Source of the DNA: Sulfolobales archaeon HS-7
Lineage (GTDB): Archaea; Thermoproteota; Thermoprotei_A; Sulfolobales; Sulfolobaceae
Length of the DNA stretch: 64,000 nt
NCBI GenBank assembly: GCA_019704295.1
Contig: AP024596.1
Location: 1,376,001 to 1,440,000 of the forward strand
Direction: 5' to 3'
Notes under the pieces: model-generated
The model's input: only the letters and a program-made list of their open reading frames with translations
Database searches by the model: none
Told to the model about the DNA's origin: nothing
Translations under genes and position numbers: made by a program
In this document: piece by piece, positions 10,856 through 20,847 of the stretch
How positions within the stretch are numbered: position 1 is the first letter of the stretch
Layout of the letters: each line of letters begins with the position of its first letter

Positions 10856-11745
10856 TACCTTTTCCCTTAGAGGTCGTCTTACTTATAGCTGTGTACTTAA
10901 CAGCCCTATGGGTAATAGTGGTAAAAGTGGGTTACGAGGGTTTTAGCAGACTTTTTTCCTACTCAACGAGGAGAACTCTTTTCCATTCCCTTAATCCCAT
11001 GACTAAAATACTACTAGAAATTGCAGTATTTTTATTAGTAACCAAGGGGTATCTCGTCATGAACTTTTGGTTATTCGTTACGACTCTATCCGCCTCTTTA
11101 CTTATCCTAACGTTGACGATTTCGGGTAGAATTAGGCTCTTTCTCCTTTACTTTTTATCGTTCTCACTTCTAGTGTTCTGGTCAACCTTTAACTCGTACA
11201 GAGGCACGGGAATACTATTACTTTATTGGCCAGCGTGGTTCGCAAGAGTCATGGGCTACTCTGTGTACGTTAGGTCATCAACCGTAATTACGGGCCTGAT
11301 CAGCGTACTTTACGATCCCGTAATGTTTATTACGCTTTTAGGTGTAATATTGATCCTCTCCACGAATACTACCGATCTCATTAGGTCCTTTGAGGAGTTA
11401 AGGATCCCCCTGCCCATAACCCTCATATTCGCATCATTCCTCAAAGTTCTACCGTCTGCGTTGAAACTGCTAGATGAGTCCCTAAAAATGCAAATCCTTA
11501 AGGGATTAGGATATGGAAAACCTAGGTTCATACTTCCTATTTACTACTTTTACGGCTCGATCCTTGCCCTTTTCCCCGCTTTCGTTTACCTCATAAGAAA
11601 CGTAAAGAGCTTGGCTATATCCCTCGATACTCGTGGGTTTAGGGCGTTCCCTAGAAGGACTTCAATGAAGAAGGTTGGGATCAATAAAATCGATGCGGGA
11701 ATTATTCTTCTCTCTTTAACAGTTATCGTATTCTTGTTAAGGTGA
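10852..11745 (+). CDS. ECF transporter T component
   Basis: Hydrophobic; LNPMTK, SLDTRGF motif; overlaps the ATPase gene. Confidence 0.85.
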   Translation: MIPFPLEVVLLIAVYLTALWVIVVKVGYEGFSRLFSYSTRRTLFHSLNPMTKILLEIAVFLLVTKGYLVMNFWLFVTTLSASLLILTLTISGRIRLFLLYFLSFSLLVFWSTFNSYRGTGILLLYWPAWFARVMGYSVYVRSSTVITGLISVLYDPVMFITLLGVILILSTNTTDLIRSFEELRIPLPITLIFASFLKVLPSALKLLDESLKMQILKGLGYGKPRFILPIYYFYGSILALFPAFVYLIRNVKSLAISLDTRGFRAFPRRTSMKKVGINKIDAGIILLSLTVIVFLLR

Positions 11746-12157
11746 ATTACGCGCGTGATAAGGGTGTTTGCATCAATGAGTTCCCTCAAATTGAATGTCA
11801 CAACCCCTAGTACCTCCATGAAAGAGGCCTTTACCCCTCTAATCTTTCACTTAACAGCATTAATGATGAAATGACGTGAACAGAGCCTTCCCGAATTTAA
11901 CTTTATGTATGGAGGGGAAAATTGAAGATTATTTCGGCAGGCTCAGCATACCCTCCGTGCGGGTTGTAGAGCACAAGATCGTACTTTAAATGGTAGGATT
12001 AATTTTCATCTCCTCAGAATTACTCCCTGAACAATGTTTATGTGAGGGAGACAAAGGAGGATACATTGTTCTTTATACCCTCAAGGAAGTGAGTTCTCAT
12101 GAAATACATAAGTTATTTCCTTAACAGTTTAAATAAGTGTTTTACTTATATGAAATT

Positions 12158-13084
12158 ATGACAGAGGAGGAAGTTAAGAGAGTTTTAATGAATAATCCAG
12201 AAATAATAGCTGATGCATTGGTAGCAAAGCCCCACGTTCTGTACGAAGTACTCTCAAAACTCACTCCCTGGCAGAACCTAGCTACTAAGGATGATTTGAG
12301 GCGACTTGAGGAGAAGATGGCGACTAAGGACGACTTGAAGAACTTAGTGAGTAAGGATGATGCTAAGAACTTCGCGACTAAGGACGACTTGAAGAACTTA
12401 GTGAGTAAGGATGATGCTAAGAACTTCGCGACTAAGGACGACTTGAAGAACTTAGTGAGTAAGGATGATGCTAAGAACTTCGCGACTAAGGACGACTTGA
12501 AGAACTTAGTGAGTAAGGATGATGCTAAGAACTTCGCGACTAAGGACGACTTGAAGAACTTAGTGAGTAAGGATGATGCTAAGAACTTCGCGACTAAGGA
12601 CGACTTGAAGAACTTAGTGAGTAAGGATGATGCTAAGAACTTCGCGACTAAGGACGAACTGGAACTATCCATCAATAAGGCCGTTAGGAAGCTTGAGAAC
12701 CTAATTACGGCCCTTGGAGCGAGGTGGGGGATAATGAGTGAAGACGCCTTTAGAGAGGGCGTTAGGGAAATTCTTAAGGACACAGGTCTAAATGTAACTA
12801 GGGAGGTTCTCTACGATAGGACAGGTTATGTATTCGGCGATCCCTCTGACATAGAAATTGACGTGGTAGTTAAGAACGGAAAGGTTGTCTTAGTTGAAAT
12901 AATGTCATCATTAAAGAGGGGAGATCTGCCTATCGTCGAGAGAAAAAAGGAATTTTACGAGAGGGAGAGGAATTTGAAGGTCGATTCCCTGATAGTTGTG
13001 ACGCCGTTCATACATGACAAGTATCCAGAAAGGTTGAAGGCGTTTGCTAAGGACAGGGGAATAGAAGTAACTTATCCCGAGTGA
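12158..13084 (+). CDS. DUF3782-like coiled-coil protein with PD-(D/E)XK-type C-terminal domain
   Basis: ALGARWG..SE..FREG, EIDVVV...VEI; TTTAAATA 30 nt upstream of ATG 12158. Confidence 0.8.
   Translation: MTEEEVKRVLMNNPEIIADALVAKPHVLYEVLSKLTPWQNLATKDDLRRLEEKMATKDDLKNLVSKDDAKNFATKDDLKNLVSKDDAKNFATKDDLKNLVSKDDAKNFATKDDLKNLVSKDDAKNFATKDDLKNLVSKDDAKNFATKDDLKNLVSKDDAKNFATKDELELSINKAVRKLENLITALGARWGIMSEDAFREGVREILKDTGLNVTREVLYDRTGYVFGDPSDIEIDVVVKNGKVVLVEIMSSLKRGDLPIVERKKEFYERERNLKVDSLIVVTPFIHDKYPERLKAFAKDRGIEVTYPE
12320..12657 (+). repeat. 6 perfect 54-bp tandem repeats plus a partial copy (ATKDDLKNLVSKDDAKNF)
   Basis: Directly visible; each unit is two related 27-bp subunits. Confidence 0.97.
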
Positions 13085-13138
13085 ATCTGCTCCAGATTCC
13101 AGGTTAACGACTTCCTTATTAAACGTTCTTAAGGAATA

Positions 13139-13258
13139 CTTCCACGGGAAAACCCCTTAAAATAGGGTCGAGATATCTAATCCCACGAGGTAGTACGTGC
13201 TTCGCCTTTACCATGACCATGGAAGCAGCGAGTCTAGAACCGGCTATATCGACATCGC
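13139..13258. mobile_element. two nested fragments of the CT-core mini-element (left end on +, right part on -)
   Basis: CTTCCACGGGAAAAC at 13139; AGGTAGTAC.TGCTTCGCCT...CCATGG from 13188. Confidence 0.55.
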
Positions 13259-13512
13259 AATGAAACGCTATCTTCATTGATAACACAACTTTATTGCTCC
13301 GTAAAGCGTTTAATCGCAAATCGGTATGAGTTGCCAGAGGCTGGAAATATCAGAGATTACAAATTGACGTAGGTTTCTGCACATGTCTCTCCCATAAACG
13401 TGTTATGCGTGATCGGTGTAAGGCCCTAAGGGATAAACACAAACCCTCCCCTTTTGAGGGCCTGTAAATTTGGTATTCTAGAAACCAGTAAAACCTGGTG
13501 ATTATTATACAA

Positions 13513-13977
13513 TTAATCTCGTTTTCTCTTATTTCTTTCTAAGTACTTTGACAAGAGGTAATTACAGCCTTCCACCACGATAACCCCAGTGAGAACAGGG
13601 TGTATTACATAGAGTAACTTAACTTTTTCTATCACTCCAAGAAACGTAGCCAAGATTGCGGGGGGATGTTCGAAATCGAGAAGGGAAGTTATTGTGAAAG
13701 AAACGAAAGAAGCTAGCGTAGCTATTAGTAGACTGTTAAGATTTAAAAGGGTGCTAAAGAGGCTGAAGCATACGGCAACCACAGCGCAAATTACGTATGA
13801 AACTACGATGACTATACTCCTAGTCCTTCTCCAATCGGGATCTGGATACTTTGTAGCTGAAGTTGCCAGAAAAGGGGGAAGTATGAACTCCGTGTTAGTT
13901 AAGATAGTTAAGATTAGTAATATGGATATCGATATAATCAGGTTTAGAATAGCTAAAGCCTTTTTTCGGGTGTACAT
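13513..13977 (-). CDS. HPP family membrane protein
   Basis: PPFLATS and EHPPA motifs, several TM segments. Confidence 0.85.
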   Translation of the reverse strand: MYTRKKALAILNLIISISILLILTILTNTEFILPPFLATSATKYPDPDWRRTRSIVIVVSYVICAVVAVCFSLFSTLLNLNSLLIATLASFVSFTITSLLDFEHPPAILATFLGVIEKVKLLYVIHPVLTGVIVVEGCNYLLSKYLERNKRKRD

Positions 13978-14728
13978 AAAGACATGTCTTAGATATCATA
14001 TAAAAAGCTCAGGGAAATTAAAGGGAGTTAATCAGTTGATTTAACAGTCTACCCTGTGGGACGCAGTGTCAACACCCTGCGAGAAATATGTAACAGGTAA
14101 TTGACGTAAAAAACTATATAAAGTAAAAAGTTATTAAAATATACATCTTAAATCTAGTTTATTTATTATATACTATAATAATACAGAATTAATCTATATC
14201 ATTACAATAAATAATTACTAAATTTTTGGGAAACTGACTATAAGGTCTTTTCAGCTCAGCGAATTTAACGTTATTAAGGTTTCCTAACTCTGGGCATTAT
14301 TTGCGTGGAAGATTAGCTAGGGATTCGATCTCCGGCGATCCATCCTGTAATATCTCGACTAGGTTATTAATACTCGTTTCCGCATAAAATTTAGTTTTTA
14401 AAACAACATTGAACACTATTGCGTAATTTCCTGCCTCTAGGTGTTACCTCATGCCTGTGAAGTCAACTTTAAGCGTTCCTCGACTTTACTCGGTTGTAGA
14501 GAAACTTTAAGATGTGAATCCCCCCTACTGGGATAACTTCATTGTAACTAAATTCAAGTTTGTATCGTCGAGAGTTCTGAGTTTTTCGCGGAGTTAACAC
14601 TTAAGAGCAATAGGCTGAAAGTCCTTAATTACGTCTGCGAAACTTTCTAAAACGCGTCAATATCAGATAAAGCTTCGCAAGTTATGTTCACGGAATTAAC
14701 TGTTTATAGCCCTGTTGATAATAAGATT

Positions 14729-16735
14729 ATGGTTCTTTATTCGGATGAGAATGAGATTAGAGCCGGAGTACCCTTAGGAGGAATCGGCACAGGTAAAATA
14801 GAGATTAACAATAAGGGGAAAATGATAAATGTAACGATATTCAATAATAGGGGATTTCCTATCAGAAAGGTAAGGGGCTTTCACATCCTGATAATACCCG
14901 ATCATGGAGAGCCTTTTTTCCTTGAGAGGGAATTACCGTTTCTCACACTTAATTATGAGCCGAACAGACTTTTATATGAAGGCTCATATCCGTTTTTCAC
15001 ACTGACGGGAGAAAAAGGTAATGTTGTCGCAAAAGTTAGAGGCTTCTCACCGATAATACCTCATAACCTTCACGATTCGACCCTTCCCGCTGTGGGTTTC
15101 AAAGTTGAACTTAATACTCACGGTTCAGTAGCGATATCCTTTCCGAACATAGTCGGTTCCAACCCTATAGGGAGAATTAACGAGTTAAGAGAGGAAAAAG
15201 TGTTGTTTAGAAACCCCAAGGCCTTTGACGTAGATCCGAGAAAGGGGGAGGTGGTCATTATGGGAAAGGCGTCAACCGTAGTTCAGCAATACAATCTTGA
15301 TGTAAGACCGGAGATAGCGTTAAAGAGAAACGTATGGGAGGAAAAGTACGAGTCCGATGACGTTTGGAAGTCGTTATTGAAGAGGGAGGTTCCCAAATCT
15401 AATGTCCATGAAGTCACTGGTTTCTGGGATAGTCCGGCAAGTCTACTCGTATTTAGGTATGAGGGAGAGCCGGTGAAATTCGTCTTATCATGGTATGTTA
15501 CTGGTAAGCACCTTCAATACCCCTACGGGAGTTATTACCATAATAACTTCTCTGATGCATCTGAAGTAGCGGAATACTTTTACGATAATTTCGATAGGTT
15601 AGAATCCGAATCGGGATTTCTTAAATACATCCCCGAGGAGTTACCAGAGTGGTTAAGAGATGCAATAGCTAATTCCGCGTACACCCTGTCCAGTAATACC
15701 GTACTAGATGAAAGAGGGAGGTTCTCAATTTACGAATCACCCGAAAATTGCCCCTACCTCGGTACGATAGCGGCCCTATGCTACGAAGGAGGCTCCCTAC
15801 CGATCCTCTTATTCTATCCCGAATTAGAGAAGTCCTTCCTTAAAATGATGGGTGATACTATGAGAAATGGGTACGTTCCTCACGATTTAGGTCTTCACTC
15901 CTTAGATCACCCAGCTGACGGTACTACCGCCCCACCCCCGTGGAAGGATACAAATCCTACGTTCGTGCTGTTAATCTACAGGTATTATAAGTTTACCAGG
16001 GACTTGAATTTTCTGGCAGAAATGTATCCTAAGATGATCGAGGCAATTCGATGGGAGGCGTCAGCGGGAAGGGAGGGCGTACCTGAACTTGAAGGTCAAG
16101 GAGATACCGGATTTGACGCTATGTCAATCAAGGGATTAGATAGTTACACCACCTCCCTTTACATTGCATCCCTCGAAGCCCTAAAGCAATCTGCTAAGGT
16201 CTTTAATGATGGAGAGACTGAGAAGTGGGTCAGTTCCCTTTTGAAGAAAGCACGGGAGAAGTTCGAACAACTATATAACGGAAATTACTTTAAGCCTTGG
16301 GAGGGGGAACCTAAAGTAGATGGAATTTTCCTCGGTCAGTTCATAGGACAGTGGTGGGCTGAGATCCTAGAACTTGATAGTGTGTCAGATGAGGATAAGA
16401 TCTCCTCATCTCTGGAGTTCGCCCTGAAGATAAGTCATACGTCATCCCCACACTGTACTCCTAATTTGGTTGGAACCGACGGGAAAATACTGGATTTCAG
16501 CGTTCAGGCGTATTCGTCATGGCCTAGATTAGTATTTTCCACCGGCTGGATAGGAAGTAAGAGGAATAAAGCGTGGTTCGACGTGATCAAAAAAGAGTGG
16601 GATAACCTAGTTAAAAGGGGATTAGTGTGGAATCAACCATCAAGAATAAACGGGTTTACAGGCGAACCAGAGTCCCCTAGCTATCTTGATCACTACATCG
16701 GTAATTCATCTATATGGAGCTTCGTAATAATTTGA
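14729..16735 (+). CDS. GH116 beta-glucosidase/xylosidase
   Basis: GVPLGGIGTG, F.IYE, VPHDLG, WKD.NP.F, D..FD motifs; ATG at 14729 follows a TATA box. Confidence 0.9.
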   Translation: MVLYSDENEIRAGVPLGGIGTGKIEINNKGKMINVTIFNNRGFPIRKVRGFHILIIPDHGEPFFLERELPFLTLNYEPNRLLYEGSYPFFTLTGEKGNVVAKVRGFSPIIPHNLHDSTLPAVGFKVELNTHGSVAISFPNIVGSNPIGRINELREEKVLFRNPKAFDVDPRKGEVVIMGKASTVVQQYNLDVRPEIALKRNVWEEKYESDDVWKSLLKREVPKSNVHEVTGFWDSPASLLVFRYEGEPVKFVLSWYVTGKHLQYPYGSYYHNNFSDASEVAEYFYDNFDRLESESGFLKYIPEELPEWLRDAIANSAYTLSSNTVLDERGRFSIYESPENCPYLGTIAALCYEGGSLPILLFYPELEKSFLKMMGDTMRNGYVPHDLGLHSLDHPADGTTAPPPWKDTNPTFVLLIYRYYKFTRDLNFLAEMYPKMIEAIRWEASAGREGVPELEGQGDTGFDAMSIKGLDSYTTSLYIASLEALKQSAKVFNDGETEKWVSSLLKKAREKFEQLYNGNYFKPWEGEPKVDGIFLGQFIGQWWAEILELDSVSDEDKISSSLEFALKISHTSSPHCTPNLVGTDGKILDFSVQAYSSWPRLVFSTGWIGSKRNKAWFDVIKKEWDNLVKRGLVWNQPSRINGFTGEPESPSYLDHYIGNSSIWSFVII

Positions 16736-17479
16736 AGGGAGGTGTAACAACGTTCAATAAACACAACAATCGTAATGTTATACAGTAAAGCTTTCTTGAA
16801 TTTGAGGATTTTAACATATTTTTGTAAATTAATAAAGTATCAATCCTGTCATTATTTTTGGCAATTCACGGAAGTTTTAGAATTTCAATTCGTTTTTACG
16901 AAATTAGGTTATAATTAAACGTTTTGAATAACAGCGGTGGAATGAGCTTAATGGAATATCGTGAAAAACCTGACAACGAGCGTAAAGGTCCTTTACCCTT
17001 CCCTCGACAAAACTAGAACATGTAAAGGCTAAAACGACTTAACAAGGGAATCCTTATCTTTACCTCACCACGTGAAAATTTCTAATAAATAGTTTTAATT
17101 GTCATTGAGATAACTATATAGTTTATATCAATTTTCACTAATAAATGTTAACAGTTCCAGAATCTTTAGCTGCATTCTTTAGTAAGGAAGTACCGACAGC
17201 ACTCAACTCTCATACATAATGTAGTATGCAAGATTATTTATATCTTTTTAATAAATGTTTCCTTTAATACCGGGAAATTCATAAATCCTTTACGATTTTG
17301 ATTAGTTTCTCCGAAAACATATGAGAATAATTGGTTCTATATTTTTAGTAACACTAATAGGGGACAAGTAGGTAGTAGTATAATGGAAAGCATAGCAATA
17401 GACGAGAGAGTGTTCTTCTTCTACAGTTGATCGAGTGATCGCATTGAGAAGCTATAACGTCAAAATGAAAACCTTTGCA

Positions 17480-17970
17480 CTCATCTTCAGGAATTACCCT
17501 AGGATTCATTATTAAATAAACCAGTACGGGGGATCGAGAGGACGGCAATGGAGGATGTCAAGAGGATGAGCCCCAGGTATAAGAGCCGGAGAGAAAAAGG
17601 GAGAAAGGGTTAAGCGAGGTACAGGTTGTTCTAGGGGTCAGGATCGAGATGGAGGAGAGGAGGTTAAGGGCGAGCTCGAGCGGATCTCGGTGAAGCTACC
17701 CGTGTTATATGGTTAGCGAGAGTCAGGGCACAGGTAAAGAAGACTTTCCTAAGAGAGAAGTGGAAGAAGTAAGCTAGCCATAATGTCGATCTACTCGGTG
17801 AGAAAAGTGAGTTAGACGTAAAGCTTCGAATGGATTGAGGAGAGCAGTGACTTAAAGCATCAGTAGGGAACGGAAAGTGAAGTATAAGGGAGGAGAGGAG
17901 GCCTTCTTAGTGACAATTATCGTGACAGAGGAGGGTAAGGGGGTTGTTCTGAATTTTATTCCAGACAGCG
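17480..17970 (+). mobile_element. IS256-family transposase remnant
   Basis: Broken frames read PRYK, VQVVLGVRIE, LERISVKLPVL, FLREKWK, FLV.IIVTEEGK.VVL; boundaries approximate. Confidence 0.6.
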
Positions 17971-18102
17971 GTAGGACGTTATTAGTAATCAATGCTCCTG
18001 GTTAGGTTCTAGGGATCACGCACTTACGATGGATTGCTTAACATTATAAATTACGGGGAGCTTTACTTAACCTACGTGAAATTTAGGAATACCGTGTATT
18101 AA

Positions 18103-18768
18103 TTACAGTATTCTGAAGGAATGAACCGGATCTCCGTCGCTATGCACAATTACCTCGTACTCCTCCAAGATGGCATAAGATTTACACTCCTGAGAACTGT
18201 CTACTCTGAGGTAGTGTGTTCCCCACGGCATTCTAAAATAAGAGAAACAATCACCTGTCATGTGACCATTAACGAATAGTTTGGGAGAAATTTCCCTTAC
18301 TCCCTCCAAGGCTAATATACCGGAATCGTCTTCCCTCATCTTAGGATACACTTCAGGGAGGTAGGGAGGCTGGTGCATCACTAAAATATCTGTACCTTTC
18401 CTCGCTATCCTCTTATAAGCGGCCCTGAATTCGTCTGGAGACAACGAGTATTCACCCTTACCCCCTATTAACCCGTTTATTCCCGCCACCCTCAGGTTTC
18501 CGATCTTATAGATCTTCCCATCACTCATAGCTAATCTCCTTATTACGGGAAAATTTTCGTGATTACCATAAACCGTTAGAAGTTTAACTCGCGTTTCAAT
18601 TTTCAAGAAATCCTCCGAGGACATACCCTCGTCCCAATCTCCCGCGGAAATAAGGTATTCTGGTTTATTATCATCAATCACGTGTAGAAGCCATTCCACA
18701 GCGACCGTTTCATCGACTTTTCTCGGTTTATAGCTCTTGTGAAGATCGCTTATGAGGAGTATTTTCAT
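18103..18768 (-). CDS. calcineurin-like metallophosphoesterase
   Basis: SDLH, AGDWD, GNHE, HQPP, GHM motifs. Confidence 0.9.
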   Translation of the reverse strand: MKILLISDLHKSYKPRKVDETVAVEWLLHVIDDNKPEYLISAGDWDEGMSSEDFLKIETRVKLLTVYGNHENFPVIRRLAMSDGKIYKIGNLRVAGINGLIGGKGEYSLSPDEFRAAYKRIARKGTDILVMHQPPYLPEVYPKMREDDSGILALEGVREISPKLFVNGHMTGDCFSYFRMPWGTHYLRVDSSQECKSYAILEEYEVIVHSDGDPVHSFRIL

Positions 18769-18998
18769 GAATGAAATTTACATTTCTCCTAAAAATAGCT
18801 TACAACACTTTCCTGAGTTTTACGTAATTAACATGGTGTAAAATAACGCCGCTGGAACCGAGGACTAAAACTCGCCTCTTTCCAGATTGGTCTCTGGGAG
18901 AGGTTTCAAGATATGCGGAGTATAATCCACAAAATAGCTTGTGAGAAATGAACGGGGAAATAAGATATAAAAACTTTAACTTCGACTCAACAGGTAAA

Positions 18999-19244
18999 TT
19001 GACTACGATCAGGGAGCAGATTAATAAAATATTATGGTCTGAGAAAGACAAGCTAGGCTTTAAACTAGTTGTAATAGATAGGAAAGCAGCTGAATCCACT
19101 TCACTTATAGACTTTTCCGTAATCGACCAAGTCGATCGGCATTACATATATCTAACTGATGGAAATGTCATACCCCTCCATAGGGTAATCGAAATAAGAA
19201 GGGGTGAAAGTCCTATCTGGAGGAGAAGATCAAATATTTATTGA
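18999..19244 (+). CDS. DUF504/MJ1316 RNA-repair-associated domain protein
   Basis: IRE.INKILW...IDR...IPLHRVIEI...IW.R pattern; TTG start assumed. Confidence 0.78.
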   Translation: MTTIREQINKILWSEKDKLGFKLVVIDRKAAESTSLIDFSVIDQVDRHYIYLTDGNVIPLHRVIEIRRGESPIWRRRSNIY

Positions 19245-19468
19245 AGAGTACATCAAAGAAGATGTCTCCTGCATAGTTGTTTACACTTACGAATTTTACG
19301 TAATTACTGCCCTTCTAAGGATTTAAATAATTGCTAATCCTTTAGTATTTTTAGTAATATTCTTAACTTATGATACTCTTCAAAACATTTACGTAATATT
19401 GCCCTTAAAAACAAGGGATGAACATACAAGTGGTTAACGTTAAATATAAAATATGTATGAGTATACAT

Positions 19469-20527
19469 ATGAATGCCAAGATACTTTATATAGGAGTCCT
19501 TTTGCTCATAGTTGTTGTAGGAATTTTCGTGTATTTTGAGTTTTTGGGACATCATACAGTCACACCTACACATACTCAAGTACCGCTGAATGAAACGTTT
19601 TCAGGACCCCTTACGATCTACGTCGCGGATGCATATACCCAAGAGGCAAGTTTCTTACTCAATGCGTCGGGAATACCGGGAGTGGTAAAGGGAGGAGGCT
19701 CATACTCATTGGCTAGGGAAATCTCTCAGGGAGTACCTGTAAGCGTTTTCATGCCTGTAGCTTCCTCAGCTGCACAGGAGAACTTCCTAGGGGAGCAATA
19801 CCCCGGATGGGTAATAGCCTTTGTAGAAGATCAACTTGTTATAGCCTACTCAAATGCCACCTTGAAGAACCCTACTGCAATGAACATCGTAACACTGTTT
19901 TCTCAGGCGCTCAAGACGAACTCGTCAAAGCTTTACTATTACGCTTTTTCGAACCTCACCAGCGGTAAGGTTAAGATAGGTATATCTGATCCGGCCAGTG
20001 ATCCCGCTGGGGGAAGGGCGTTAGTTGCCTTTGAAATAGCAGGCTACCTTTACGCAAATCACTCCACTAATTACTTTATAAACAACATGATTAAGAACCA
20101 AGCAAATGTAACCGCGTCAAATGCAGCAGAGTTAGTTTCTCCTCTTGAATCAGGCGATATACAATTCCTGTTTATATACAAATCAGCTGCGATAGCTAAG
20201 GGGTTGAATTACATTACACTACCTGCCTGGATCAATCAGGGAGATCAACAGTACTCCTCTTTCTACTCTCAATTTTACTACACGGTGGGCGTAAACAAGA
20301 TATACGGAGCCCCGATCTACTTATATGTAACTATTCCGAAATATCCACTTGACTATGAGGAGGCACTGAACTTCACAGTATTCGTAATAGAGCACGCAAG
20401 TTTGCTCTCGAAGTTCGGTCTTACCCCCCTTAGTCATCCGATACTCTTCGTATATAATAGCTCAGAAGTACCTGGGGAAATAAATAATTTAGTTCAGGAG
20501 GGAGTTCTGACAGAGCAACCAGCGTGA
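19469..20527 (+). CDS. oxyanion (molybdate/tungstate/sulfate-like) solute-binding protein
   Basis: N-terminal membrane anchor, GGS..LAREI, SDPASDPAG, FIYKS.A. Confidence 0.78.
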   Translation: MNAKILYIGVLLLIVVVGIFVYFEFLGHHTVTPTHTQVPLNETFSGPLTIYVADAYTQEASFLLNASGIPGVVKGGGSYSLAREISQGVPVSVFMPVASSAAQENFLGEQYPGWVIAFVEDQLVIAYSNATLKNPTAMNIVTLFSQALKTNSSKLYYYAFSNLTSGKVKIGISDPASDPAGGRALVAFEIAGYLYANHSTNYFINNMIKNQANVTASNAAELVSPLESGDIQFLFIYKSAAIAKGLNYITLPAWINQGDQQYSSFYSQFYYTVGVNKIYGAPIYLYVTIPKYPLDYEEALNFTVFVIEHASLLSKFGLTPLSHPILFVYNSSEVPGEINNLVQEGVLTEQPA

Positions 20528-20847
20528 GGTTTGCGTTAAAGTAAAAAATGAGTTGATATATTCCGCGTAAAGCTATGTATTTCAATTTTGGAACCACTTA
20601 CGGAAAATGGGTGCCCTACTTACGTCAAATAGGAAAGCGTTAGAACTTAGTTTTACTATATATGAGCAGAAAGGATACAATTTACGATCTTTTTGTTAGA
20701 AAGCTTTGTTATATAACACTCCTATATCATGTGTTACAACATCTTAAAAAGATTGAATATTGCAATAAGAATATTAATTATATTAGGAACATATCTTATC
20801 TATAATTCTAACGCAACATTTTTATATTGAGAAAAAATTGAGTGTTT

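Noticed and set aside
12320-12657. Possible CRISPR array
   Set aside because: Head-to-tail identical units with no unique spacers, in frame inside a CDS.
12142-12783. 213-aa repetitive ORF on - strand
   Set aside because: Antisense shadow of the 54-bp repeat gene.
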